Source: Mustelus asterias (taxonomy: Eukaryota). From it: DNA of 64,000 nucleotides. Under the pieces are notes generated by a model. That model was not told where the DNA came from. It ran no database searches and saw nothing but the letters and a program-made list of their open reading frames with translations. Every line of letters begins with the position of its first letter. The stretch's first letter is position 1. Shown piece after piece: positions 26,001 to 37,129 of this stretch. Both the position numbers and the translations under genes were made by a program. The stretch lies in NCBI RefSeq assembly GCF_964213995.1, contig NW_027590123.1, positions 2,418,001 through 2,482,000 of the forward strand, given 5' to 3'.

Positions 26001-27126
26001 TAACCGTTGCTGCAAGTTTAACCGGCAATCATTAACTGAACGTGATCCAAACAATATGAATAATGGAGCATATTTTCAGTGTTTGATGTAGAAATTTCTT
26101 TTATGTGAGTGGCACGGTGATATCAGGAGAGCGAATGAAATAATTCATTGATGCATCTCAGAAACCTCAGTGACAGAACAGTGAAAACCGGGGAGGATTC
26201 TATTATTTGTTTAAATTTGTATCATGGGAAATCAATGCCAGCACATGATTAACAGGAACAAGAGTGTTGAAACATTTTTAAACTATGTTGCATAAGTATA
26301 TATGTATATAAGTATACATTCATATATATATATATATATATAAGTATATATATATAAGTATATGTGTATTATATACTTCAATGACACTTTGATAATGATA
26401 CTTCAAAATCTGCAGCAAGTAAACGGAAGCTAATTTGTACTGTTGACAACTGAGTCCTTATAGTAGAGAGCCGTTCCCTTCCAAACACGCTACTTGGGGA
26501 GAGGGAGGAGAGTGAGCTCATAATTTCCCTCTCTCTACCTGGTGAAGCAATGTCCCTGATGGTTCTAACCACTGAGGAGGTGGAGGTGAATGGATTAAAT
26601 AATGCCATTCCTCCTGCTTTCATTGAGGAAGTGGTGGTACATGGGTTAGCTACTGCTCCTCCCCTCTCTTTGTTGGGTGAGTAGGAATCCGGTATGTTCA
26701 CAATTTCACTCTCCCTCTCTCTGATGGGGGGATTGTTGCTCCATGTTTCTGTGTGACCCTCACTCCAGTTCCCAGTGAGTGTGGTGCAGCAGCTTAAATA
26801 TGACATCAATGCGTAAAGGCATGGACAACGAGAGAAGCAGGAACACCGAGATCTAAATGTTGTGTTTGTTTGTCAGAAATGTTGAAATTGTCGGAGTTTT
26901 CCTCAGGAAGGAAAGTCGGTGAAGATATTTTGCAGAATCCTGTAATGAATGCGCTCCACTCTGTCTCTAACACAGGGTGTGTCTGAGCTGGGCGCACTGG
27001 TTCAACAAGACTTGAACCTGAGACCTGAAAATATCTGGGTCAAACCAAAGATAGCTAATGGAAGTAAAACTGAAAAACAATCAATTAAGCGTTTGGCTAT
27101 TCCATTTGTTGTTAGAGGAAAAATAT

Positions 27127-27141
27127 TTTATTATTTTTATT
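27127..27141 (-). terminator. Polyadenylation signals for secretory mu mRNA
   Basis: Two AATAAA hexamers on the minus strand (27127-27132, 27136-27141), about 30 nt after the stop. Confidence 0.8.
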
Positions 27142-27168
27142 GAAGTTTTTAATGTTCGCGAATGATTC

Positions 27169-27560
27169 TCATTGACATGAATTAACGGTGTCCATCAGAG
27201 CAAGGGAAATGTTCACAAAACTGGGTTTACCGCTGGATTTGTCAACTGTTCTGTTGATGATCTTCAAGGGGATGGCTTCATGTCCCACCACACAGGAGTA
27301 AGAAGCGCCGCTGGACCATTCCTCTGCAGCAATGGATAACAGGCTGTACATGAAGAAGGAGCTATTCCCGCTCTCCGCGACCACCTCGGTGTTCTTATAG
27401 TTCCCAGGATTCACCGGCTTGTCGTTGACGGTCCACTTGACGAAGATCTCTCGAGGGGAGAAACGTCTCACTAAGCAGCTGAGGGAGACGAATCTCTGAG
27501 CGGAGACTTCTTCTGCCGAGGGCAGGAGGACAGAGACGAACGGTTCCCGCGGATTTGGAT
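27169..27560 (-). CDS. IGHM: IgM Cmu4 plus secretory tailpiece (…[43 protein letters not shown])
   Basis: Acceptor ttctgcag|AT; tailpiece with an N-glycosylation sequon and penultimate Cys; internal donor G|GTAAAC at 27230 for the membrane form. Confidence 0.96.
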
Positions 27561-28061
27561 CTGCAGAAAATGTACAATAAATGTCAATAAACTGGAGAAT
27601 TCTGGGGATAATGAAACTGCTGGCTAGATATCAGAAAAATGTGCTTCGTTTCGATTTTAAATGTTTCCATTTTTGACTTCCAGCTTGGAGCAGAGGTGAA
27701 CACAATTATTTTCTCAAATAACTCAGGGGGCTGGACTGGGAAGTTTCAGAAATTTTACAGCACAGAATCAGGCTATTCGGCCCAACTGATCGACTTTATT
27801 TTTGGTTTTCTGGATTTTATGCTCCACATCAGGCTCCTCCCTCGTTATTCGATCTAAACCCAATAACATCGCCTTCAGTTCACTTTTCATTCATCAACAC
27901 ATCAAATTTCCCCGTAAAAATATCTACAACCCCCAGTTTTTAGTTAGTAGAGTTTCCACTCAGGGAACACCATTAATGCACTGAATACTGAATATTGACC
28001 AGTCCACTGACACTGGAAATAGACATAGTGACGCATTTATTGCTTCAATCTCTCAGCTCAC

Positions 28062-28370
28062 CTGTTTCCTTGTGGATGGATTTTCTTAAAGGAGTCGGTA
28101 GATCCTGATGGCTCACCACGCAGTCAAACACAGCCGCACTCAGCCAGGCTTGTGTCGAGATGTTTAAGTTGCTGACCACGCTGTCAGGATCCGCTCCAGG
28201 CTTTTCAGCAATCTCTGATTTCAAATACTTCCTGTCTCGGATCCAGGACACGTTGACTCCATAAGGAGCATGAGAAATGATGCAGGTTAAGGTCACGGTC
28301 GCCTCCAGTAAGACCTGTTCTATTGGTGGTGGCTGTATCGTCACTGTGGTATCAGGGCACTGGGGAGGAT
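28062..28370 (-). CDS. IGHM: IgM constant exon Cmu3 ([30 protein letters not shown]...[22 protein letters not shown])
   Basis: Acceptor ttcacag|AT, donor G|GTGAG; open C1-set domain with the HxDLPxP motif. Confidence 0.95.
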
Positions 28371-28819
28371 CTGTGAATGAAAAATGAAAATCAACCCTAG
28401 TTCCCTCTTCAGAAGCAGGACAGCAGTCTTCAGCCTGAAGGAGACGAAGTTGCCTTCGATATATCAACCTCTAACTATCACCTTTCAACCTCTCTGGAGG
28501 ATGGAAAACCAGCCTGCTCTGTGAAATTATTCTCTTTTTGTTCAAGTATTTTAGCAGCGGTATCATTCTCATGAATCAACATTGCAGTATTCCCCAACAA
28601 ATATACCATTCCTGAACTCAGGAACCAAGTACTGGCAGTTAGTTTATAAGTAGGGTGGATGCACTTCCCAATATTTTACCCCTATGCTGTGACCGGTGAA
28701 ACAGTCCGACACCGACTGTCTCTCCAAATCTTACCAGCTGTCTCAGGAAAAAGCTGACATCAAAACCACCTCGCTCACTATGTTACTTCAAAATGGAAGG
28801 GAACACTATTTCAAGGGGA

Positions 28820-29130
28820 GGCAGTGGCATGGTGGTGTTGCCAATGGGCTTGTAACCCAGGGCACGACTCTGGGGACACAGATTCGAATCTCACCACTGC
28901 AGATGGTGAAATTTGAATTTAGTAAAAATCTATGATTAAAAGTCAAATGATCATCATGAAGCCATTGTTGCAAAAGCCCACCTGGTTCACGAATGCCGTT
29001 TAGAAAAGTAAATCTGCTGTCTTTATCTGGCCTGGCATGCATGTGACTCCAGATCCACAGGAACGTGGTTGACACTTAAGTGGCCTCAGGGATGGGCCAC
29101 AAATGCACATCTCATGAAGGAATAACAAAA
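28820..29130 (+). mobile_element. Deu-domain-like SINE in the Cmu2-Cmu3 intron
   Basis: Same family as 8478 and 54530. Confidence 0.6.
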
Positions 29131-29287
29131 ATTGATGTTGTGATGAAGTTCTGAATGGGGCACTGTCCTAATGCAGCAAACCACAGGACAATAACTTAGA
29201 AGTTATTCTATGCTTTGTACTAACTTTAATAGATCCCTAATTTCCAGTAACAGCGGAATAATTTTTTTCTCGGTTTGAGTCTCTTAC

Positions 29288-29599
29288 CCAGAGATCCGCT
29301 GATGTTCTGACTCTGAGTGAATCCTTGATGAGTGACCTGGCAGGTATAGACTACTTTGCTGAACCATTCCTGAGCGGAGACTGTCAACCGACTGCTGGCC
29401 GAGAATTTCCCGTTCACTTCACAGGCGGGAGAGGTGACAATTCCTGAATCCATGGGTTGTCCATTCTTCAGCCACTTCACCGTCATTGACTTTGGCTGGA
29501 AATCGATGATTGAACAGACGATGGTTGCAAATTTTCTGCTGGTGATTTCTTCACTGGAACTCACGGTGAGGATAACGGTTGCCGGGGGAACGGGTGAGC
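29288..29599 (-). CDS. IGHM: IgM constant exon Cmu2 ([11 protein letters not shown]...VCSIIDFQP...W...YTCQVTH...SL)
   Basis: Acceptor gttgaag|GC, donor G|GTAAG; open C1-set domain. Confidence 0.95.
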
Positions 29600-29689
29600 C
29601 TTCAACAAACAAATGTTCAGACGTTACTTGAAGATTCAATTGACACCAATTAAAATTAGTTCTTTTATTTTAGCACCATAGCTGCCGAT

Positions 29690-30425
29690 TTGAGAATTAT
29701 ATCCATGGTTTGGTTGAATTGGCAGGGAAATAGCGAATGGAATTCAACCGTCAAAAGTGCCATACAATGCATTTGGGGAGGGAAAACAAAGCAAGGCAAT
29801 AAACTGGAATGTTCAGAGGGATTGAGGAAATGCAAGACCTTGAGTGCATGTCCACAGGTCCTGGTAGATGGTAGGGCAGCTGGAAAAGTTGATCAAGAAA
29901 GCATATCGGATTAGTTCCTCTATTATGTGAGATATTGAATACAAAAACAGTGATGCAATGATGGAGCTGCTTAAAACAGAGTTAGGCCACGTTTGGAGTT
30001 TGCTGTACAGTTCTGGTCACCACGTTGCAGGAATAACGTAATGACTCTGGAGAGAGATGAGGTTTACAAGAATGTTGCCAGGGACTGAAAATTCCCGCCA
30101 TGAGGCGAGATTGGATAGACAGGGTTTGTTGTCTTTAGGAAAAGAGGAGGCTGAGGCGTGACATAATTGTGGTTCACAAAATAATAAGGGACGTAGGCAG
30201 AAATAATTCATTCCCCAAGTGGAGGGCTCAATTACCAGGGAGCATGGTCATTTAAAAGGCATCTGGGTCTACATCTCAAGTGCTTTAAGCTGCAATGCTA
30301 CGGAGCAAGGGCTGGAAAATAGGCTTACTTTGTCAGGCTAGTTTATTTGTTCTCCCTTTTGGCCAGCACAGACATGATGGACTAAATGGCCTCATTCTGC
30401 ACAGTAACATTTCTGTTGTTCTTTG
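29690..30425 (+). mobile_element. Degenerate CR1 fragment in the Cmu1-Cmu2 intron
   Basis: gttaggccacgtttggagt…gtacagttctggtcacc…aggtttacaagaatgttgccaggg. Confidence 0.7.
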
Positions 30426-30569
30426 GTTCTGAGCAACTTTTCAGTCAGTAGGCACTTACCTGGATTTTGCATAATTCAATTTTTCAGAGTGCTACAGATC
30501 AGTTATAACTAAAGCCTTATACAGTTCAATCAGAGCGTTCCTGTCTTGCCCAGGTTCCACAACACTTAC

Positions 30570-30869
30570 ATTGCATTTCAATGCTCTTGACTGAGTCGCT
30601 GTGTCGAACCTCACACTTGATTTTGCTGCACTCTCCCTCTGACTGGGTGATGGTTAACTGGCTGCTCAAGGTGTAAGTTCCCTTTGCGTTTCTCACTGAT
30701 GGATAAGTCTTAAATCCAGTGGCGATCAGCTGCCCATTTTTCTTCCAGGTCAGTTTGGAGACATCTGGAGAGTAGTCCATCGCCAAACAGCCGTAGGTGA
30801 TGGAGCCAGCGGAGTTGTGTTGCTGACAGGAAGAGACGAGGCTGTAGAGAGTGGGCGGAGACGGTGTCG
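30570..30869 (-). CDS. IGHM: IgM constant exon Cmu1 ([17 protein letters not shown]...[10 protein letters not shown]...W...CEVRH...EMQ)
   Basis: Acceptor ttcccag|CG, donor T|GTAAGT, 300 nt open; C1-set Cys/Trp/Cys plus the N-terminal Cys used for the light-chain link. Confidence 0.95.
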
Positions 30870-31837
30870 CTGGGAAAGAACAGTCGATTCAACAAGTTAG
30901 ACTCTTACCTGCGTTTATTAATTAATCAAACATATTTATACAAGTAAGTTTCTATATTAGGTATAACTCTTGGGGCTAAAGGGATCAGTGGATATGGGTA
31001 GTAGGCGGGGTCAGGATATTATTGAGCCATGATCAAAATGAATGGTGGAGCAGGGTCAAAGGGCCGAATGGCCTCCTCCTGCTTCTATTTTCTATGTTTC
31101 AACGTCACGATTTGACTAGAATTATGAACTTAAGTTAATATTTCCCGATTAAAACCTACGCACACCTTTGAGCTGCTGTTACTCCTATCAGTTGGGAATC
31201 GCCATTTTTGTAGAAACTCACATCACTGTCACCACCTCTATCAGATTGGAAAGACAAAAACATTTTGAGGTCATCGTAATGACATACCATTCATTGGATT
31301 AACAGAGAAGAGTAAAGACTTTCTCCATTATTTCAGGCACTACCTATTTCTCAAACAACAGCACGTTGTGATGAAGAAGTTGTCTCTTCATTCATATCAG
31401 CCACTCACCTGATGAAAGAGCTCCAAAAGTTCGCAATTCCAAATAATCCTGTTGTACTTTAACCTGGTGTTGTGAGACTCCTTACTGTGCCCACCCCAAC
31501 CTAACGTCGGCATCTCCACATTGTAATTTTTGGATATTGCCTGTGTTCAAACTGACTGAAGCCCCTTCCTCTCTCCAACTCTCACTCCACAAAACGAAGA
31601 TTAGTGACTTTCGTTCAGAAATACCTTCGGAATGAATACTTACTGAATGACCAGGAAACTGGAAATGTGATTTCAAATTCAAATAATTGCAACATTGACT
31701 AATTTAAGGGTCGTACATTAATAGCAAGAGTTGGCCATTCGGGCCCTGAAGTCTCCTCCATAGTTCACTGAGATTACAGATGATCTGGTTGTGGTGATAG
31801 CTCTATTTTGCACCTCCTCACTCCGCCCGTCGATCAC

Positions 31838-32500
31838 CCACTCTCTGCCCATTTTCCCTGGCTCTCTGCCCTTTCCCCTGGCTCTCTGCCATTCCCTGTG
31901 GCTCCTTTCCCCTTTCACCCGGCTCTCTACACTTCCACCTGGCTCTCGACACTTCCCTCCAGCTCTGTACCCTCTCCCCCGGCTCTCTGCCCTTTCCCTC
32001 AGCACCCTACCCTTTCCCCCGGCTCTCTGCCCTCTGTCCCTGCTCACTATTCTCTTTCCCCTTTCCCCTGGCTCTCTGTCCTTTCCCCCGGCTCTCTGCC
32101 CTTCCCCCCTGACTCTCTGTCTTTCCCCCTGACTCTCTGCCCTTTCCCCAGGGCTCTTTTGCACTTTTCGTCGGCTCTCTGTCCTTTCCCCGGCCTCCCT
32201 GCCCTTTATCCTGGCTCTCTCCTCTTTCCCTGATCTCCCTGCCATTTCCTCCATCTCGCTGCCTTTTCTCCTGTTTCTCTGCCCTTTCACCTGGCTCCCT
32301 GCCCTTTCCATTGGCGCTCTTTCCCATTTCTCCTGGCTCTCTGCCCTTTCTCCTGGCTCTCTGCCCTTTCCCCCGGCTCTCGGCCCTTTCCCCAGACTCT
32401 GTGCCCTCCCCCCCCCCCCCCCCGCCCGCCCCAGCTCTCTGCCCTTTACCACGCCTCCTGTTCTCCCCGGCTCTTTCCCATTGTCTTTGGCCCTGAGCCC
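31838..32500 (-). repeat. Degenerate ~20-bp tandem repeat (sense GGGGAAAGGGCAGAGAGCC)
   Basis: Roughly 30 copies of ggctctctgccctttcccc on the plus strand, plus a long C run at about 32405. Confidence 0.9.
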
Positions 32501-32609
32501 CCAAGGATTCCCCCCAGCTCTCCACATTCGCAGGGCAGCTCCCACATTTGAACACCAAACTGCCACTTGAGATCTTTCTTCTCTCTCATTACAGACCTCC
32601 ACACACAGG

Positions 32610-33800
32610 TTTAGCGAGTGTGAGTGAGAGAATGTGAGTGCGTGAGGGTGCGTGATTGAAGGAGTGAAAGTGGATGAGTGATGGTGTGTGAGTGATGGAA
32701 GGTGGGTAAGTGAGGGTGAGTGATTGAGTGTGAGTGAGTAAGTGTGGGTGAGGGTGAGAGAACGTGAGTAAATGAGGGTGTGTGAGAGAGGGTGGGTGAG
32801 TGAAGGTGGCTGAATGTGTGAGTGAAGGTGGGTGAGTGAGTATCGGTAAGAGAGAATGAATGAATGAGGGTGAGCGAGTGAGGATGCGTGAAGGTTAGTG
32901 AAGGTGGGTGAGTGAGAGCGAGTGAATGAGGGTGAGGAGTGAATGTGACTTAGTAAGTGAGGGTGAGAGAGTGAGTGAGTCAGGATGTGTTATTGAGGGT
33001 GGTGTGAGAGTGTGTGAGGGAGAATAAATGCGGATGGGTGGATGAGTGAAGGTGAGTGAGTGAAGGTGTTTGAGTGAGGATGAGTGATTGAGGATCTGTG
33101 AGTTAGGGTGGGTGACCTTGAGTGATGGTGAATATGTGAGGGTGTGTGAGTGAATGTAGGTGCGTGAGTCTCAGTGAGTTTGAATGGGTCAGGTGGCATA
33201 CGTGAGAGAGAGAGGGTGATTGAGCTTGAGTGTGTGGGGGTGAGTCTGGGTAAGCGAGGGTGGGTAAGTGGGGAGAGTGAGTGAGGGCGAGTGAGAGGGA
33301 GTGAGACTGGATAAGTGAGAGAGGGTAAATGCGGTGAGTGAGTGAGAGTGATTGAGACAGGATGAGTGAAGGTGGGTAAGTGGGGTGAGTGAGGGTGAGT
33401 GAGAGTGAGTGAGACTGGATAAGTGAGGGTGGGTCTGTAGCGTGAGTGAGTGAGAGTGAGTGAGACTGGGTAAGTGAGGGTGGGTAAGTAGGGTGAGTGA
33501 GTGAGAGTGAGTGAGACTGGGTGAGTGAGGGTGGGTTAGTGGGATGAGTGAATGAAGGTGACTATGAGTGTTGGTGAGTGACTGAGGCTCTGAGTGAGTG
33601 ACTGAGGGTTAGTGAGTGAGGTTGAGTGAGTGATGGCGCGTGAGTGTGGGTGACTGAGTGACAGTGAGTGAATGGGGATGAGTGAGTGAGGATGTGTGAG
33701 GGTGAGTGGGTGTGAGTGAGTGAGTGCTGGTGAGTGAATGAGGGTGTGAGTGTGAGTGAATGAGGGTGAGTGAGTGAATGCGAGTGAGTAAGTGGGGGGG
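32610..33800 (+). repeat. (GAGT/GGGT)n low-complexity repeat
   Basis: gtgagtgagggtgggt iterations. Confidence 0.9.
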
Positions 33801-33811
33801 CGGGGGGATGG

Positions 33812-34118
33812 TGGCACGGTGGCACAGTGATTAGCGCTGCTGCCTCAGAGTTGGATTCCCGACTTGGGTCACTGTCTGTGTGGAGTTTGCAAGTTCCCCC
33901 CATGTCTATTTGGATTTCATTCGGGTGCTCCTGTTTCCTCCCACAGTCCAAAGATGTGTGGGTTCGGTGGATTAGCCGTGCTAAATTGCCCCTTAGTGTC
34001 AGGGTGACTAGTTAGGGTCAATACATGTGGTTATGGGGATCGGGATTGCTGTTGGTGCAGACTCGATGGGCTGAATGGCCTCCTTCTGCACTGTCGGATC
34101 CTATGATTCTATTCTATG
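33812..34118 (+). mobile_element. HE1-like SINE in the J-C intron
   Basis: Near full length, with (attct)n tail. Confidence 0.85.
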
Positions 34119-34129
34119 ATGTCAAGGAC

Positions 34130-34992
34130 AGACACTCTGACGTATGTGAGATGGAAAGTGTGTGAGAGGGTGTTTGGGTGTGTGTGTGAGAGAGAGAGAG
34201 AGAGTGAATGTGTGGGAGGGTGCCTGTGTGTGATAGACTACGTTTGCACGTGTGTAAGACAGTGGGCTGTGCGTGCAAGAGGGGAGAGTGTGTGTGCGAG
34301 AAAGTGTGTGTGAGATAATGTGTGTGTGTGAGAGAGCATGTGTTTGAAGAGTTATTCTTTGTGTGTGATAGTGTGTCTCACCTTGAAAGTGTGTGTGTGG
34401 AGGAGCGGGGAGAATGTGTGTGGGGAGTCTGTATGAGAGAGTACTTCTGTGTGTGATTGAGTGTGTGTTTATGTGAAAAGAAGTGTGTCTATATGAGATA
34501 CAGGGTGTCTGTGAAAGAGAGTGCGTGTGCTTGAGAAGGAGGGTCTGTGTGTGTGGGAGAGAGTGTTGTGTTCATGTGAAAGACAGTGTGTGCGAGAGGG
34601 AGTGCCTATTTGAAAGCAAAATAGTAGGTTCATGAGTGTGTGAAAGTGTGCATGGGATTGCGTGTGAGTGAGAAAGATGTGTACAATGTGTGTGGGCGAT
34701 AGAAGCAATATTTTTGAGTGTGTGTGTGTGTGTGTGTGAGCGTGTGTGTCTGTGACAGAGAGAAAGAGTTTTTGTGTGTGAGAGAGAGACGTTGTGTGTG
34801 GTTTATGTGGGTGAGAGTGTGTCAGACACATGAGTGCTTTTGCACGTGTGTGAGACAGTGGTCTGTGTGTGCAAGAGGAGAGAGTGTGCGTGAGAGAGAG
34901 GATATGTGATATCGCGAATGTGTGTGTGTGAGAGAGAGAGTGTGTGTTTGAAGAGATATTCTTTATGTGTGTGAGAGTGTCTCTGTTCTTCA

Positions 34993-35028
<36 letters not shown>

Positions 35029-35460
35029 GTGGAGGGGCGGGGAGAGTGTGAGCGAGAAAAAGTGTGAAAATTAGACAGAGTGGATGTGTGAGTGTGTGTG
35101 AGTGAAATAACGATTGAGAGAAAACGTGTCTGTGATAGGTGGAGTGTTTCAGAGAGATACATTGTGTATACATGTGTGTTCGTGTGTGAGAGACGGAGAG
35201 ACTGTGGGCGTGTGAGAGAGAGTCTTTGTGAGAGACAGGGTTTGAGAGCAAGATTGTGCGTATGTGAGATAATGTGTAAGGGAGTAAGCGTGTGAAAGAG
35301 AGAGAAATATGTGCCTGCGTGAGAGAATGCGTGTGGAAGTGTTCGTATGAGAGAGGGAGCATGTGAATGAGTATGAGACGAAGTGAGAGTACGGGAATGT
35401 GGGAGGGATAGTGCATGTGTGTGTGTGTGTGTGTGTGCGTGTGTGTGTGTGTGTGTGTTT
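34130..35460 (+). repeat. (GT/GA)n low-complexity region with internal duplication (34240-34420 similar to 34840-35050)
   Basis: TG and GA dinucleotide tracts. Confidence 0.9.
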
Positions 35461-35534
35461 CCTGGCCCCAACACTGTGACCACGCGCACAGAAACAGAAC
35501 AGACATAAACGGTGCAACAATCGAGTGCCCAGCA

Positions 35535-37115
35535 GATAGATCTGTTCAATCTGTCAATTTCATTCAAACTGTTGGATTCTAATTGATCAATGGCCAACTT
35601 ACAACAACAGAAAATTAATAACCTATTTTAAATTAAACTGAGATTCATTTCAAAACTCCTTTCGACTGTTAATTATTCCTCTGTCTCACTTCTCGAAAAC
35701 TATGTAAAAATGTAATTTCGCCGAAAATGAGCAATCAAAAATAACAGATTCAGGACAGTTCAATGTCCCTAACAGAGATGCAGTGACACAGCAAGAAGTA
35801 ACCAAATCAAGAAACATTTAGATTGAAAATCATTACCTGATTAGATCTAATTTCTTAATTAAATGTACTCAACAAATTAATCAAAGCAAAACACTTTATC
35901 GAGTGAGCACAGCTGAGTAAAGTAATGTTTTGTTTCTGAATTCATTTCCGATACAATTGAATATTCTCTAAAACGGATTGTATTTTGCACGCCTGTACAA
36001 TATTCAAGGTAGTTTGTTTTGAATTAATCAGCAGCAATATTATATTTTAAGTTATTGTTAATTACTAGTTAGTTCTCCTGTCAGCTCATTTGTACTCTGT
36101 AATAAAGTGAGTTTTCAATCATTCAAAATGTGCTTCTGCCTCCAACATTGTTAAATAATTAGGTTACAATTAAATCTTAGACAATGTTAAATATAATTTC
36201 AAATTACTGAACAGAAACATTCAGACATCTGTCATTCATTTACTTAAACCTAATCACATTGTAATATTTTACTTTTTCACTTTTACTACAAATGTCTTAT
36301 TATAACCTGCAAACGTGTTAAAATTGCATACTGCTGAATATGTATAGACTGTAACGGCCTGGCAGTTTGAAATCAATAATACTGCTTCCTCGATTTAGTA
36401 ATTTAGAACATCCATATAACTTAATTACTGAGCACATTGTTTAATTAAAGAAGATCTGAATTAAACCGTGCAAACACAAAGAGGACAATTGATTCAAATC
36501 CTCTGTAACACTAAAACATGATGCAGAATGTAAGTCCAGACTTTTTCTTCATTATAATATTTAATAAGAATTTAACATAAGGTTCAGATAGAATCAATTC
36601 TTCTACTGTGTCATTTATTCTTCCCATAATTCTATCCTGTGTTCAGTAGTAATGGGAGACATGATGTTATTATCAAGTGCAGAGATAAGAATATTTTTAT
36701 AGTATTTATAATAGTATAATATTTTTATTTAAATTAATCTTTTTGAATTTCAAGCATTAACTTGCCTATCTCTAGCGAGTTTCTGTTGACACTTTACTCC
36801 AATTCAAACACAATTATGTGAACAATTGCTTGAGTGTCAGCGAATTCCACCTGTCAGAAAACTCTGTTCGCTCTGTCAAATTTATTCAAACTGTTTGATT
36901 CTAATTGATCTAAGGTCAAATTACAACTGCAAAAAAGTCAATAAAAAATTTAAATTAACCTGATGTTAATTTCAAAACTCCCTTCGCCTTTTAACTATCT
37001 CTCCTGTCTGTCTCAAATCATGAAAACTGGGCAAAAATGTATTTTTTCTGAAAATGAGCACCTCAAATATAACAGATTCAGGGTAGTGTAATGTCCCTAA
37101 CAGAGATACAGTGTC
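35535..37115. repeat. Direct repeat pair of ~255 bp (35537-35790 and 36860-37113)
   Basis: ctgtcaa…ttcaaactgtt.gattctaattgatc…aacagattcagg…aatgtccctaacagagat.cagtg in both copies. Confidence 0.85.
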
Positions 37116-37129
37116 TCTGTAAGAATTGT

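Noticed and set aside
25007-26054. Long Cys/Val-rich and His/Thr-rich ORFs (up to 232 aa)
   Set aside because: Translations of degenerate (TG)n/(CA)n repeat; no domain structure.
26378-26809. 143-aa ORF downstream of the secretory poly(A) site, considered as an alternative tail exon or an endonuclease relic (TETW…GGAV)
   Set aside because: Internally repetitive sequence, no convincing acceptor, and only a weak motif resemblance.
31718-35597. ORFs of 294, 345 and 264 aa in the J-C intron
   Set aside because: They arise from low-complexity repeats that lack stop codons.
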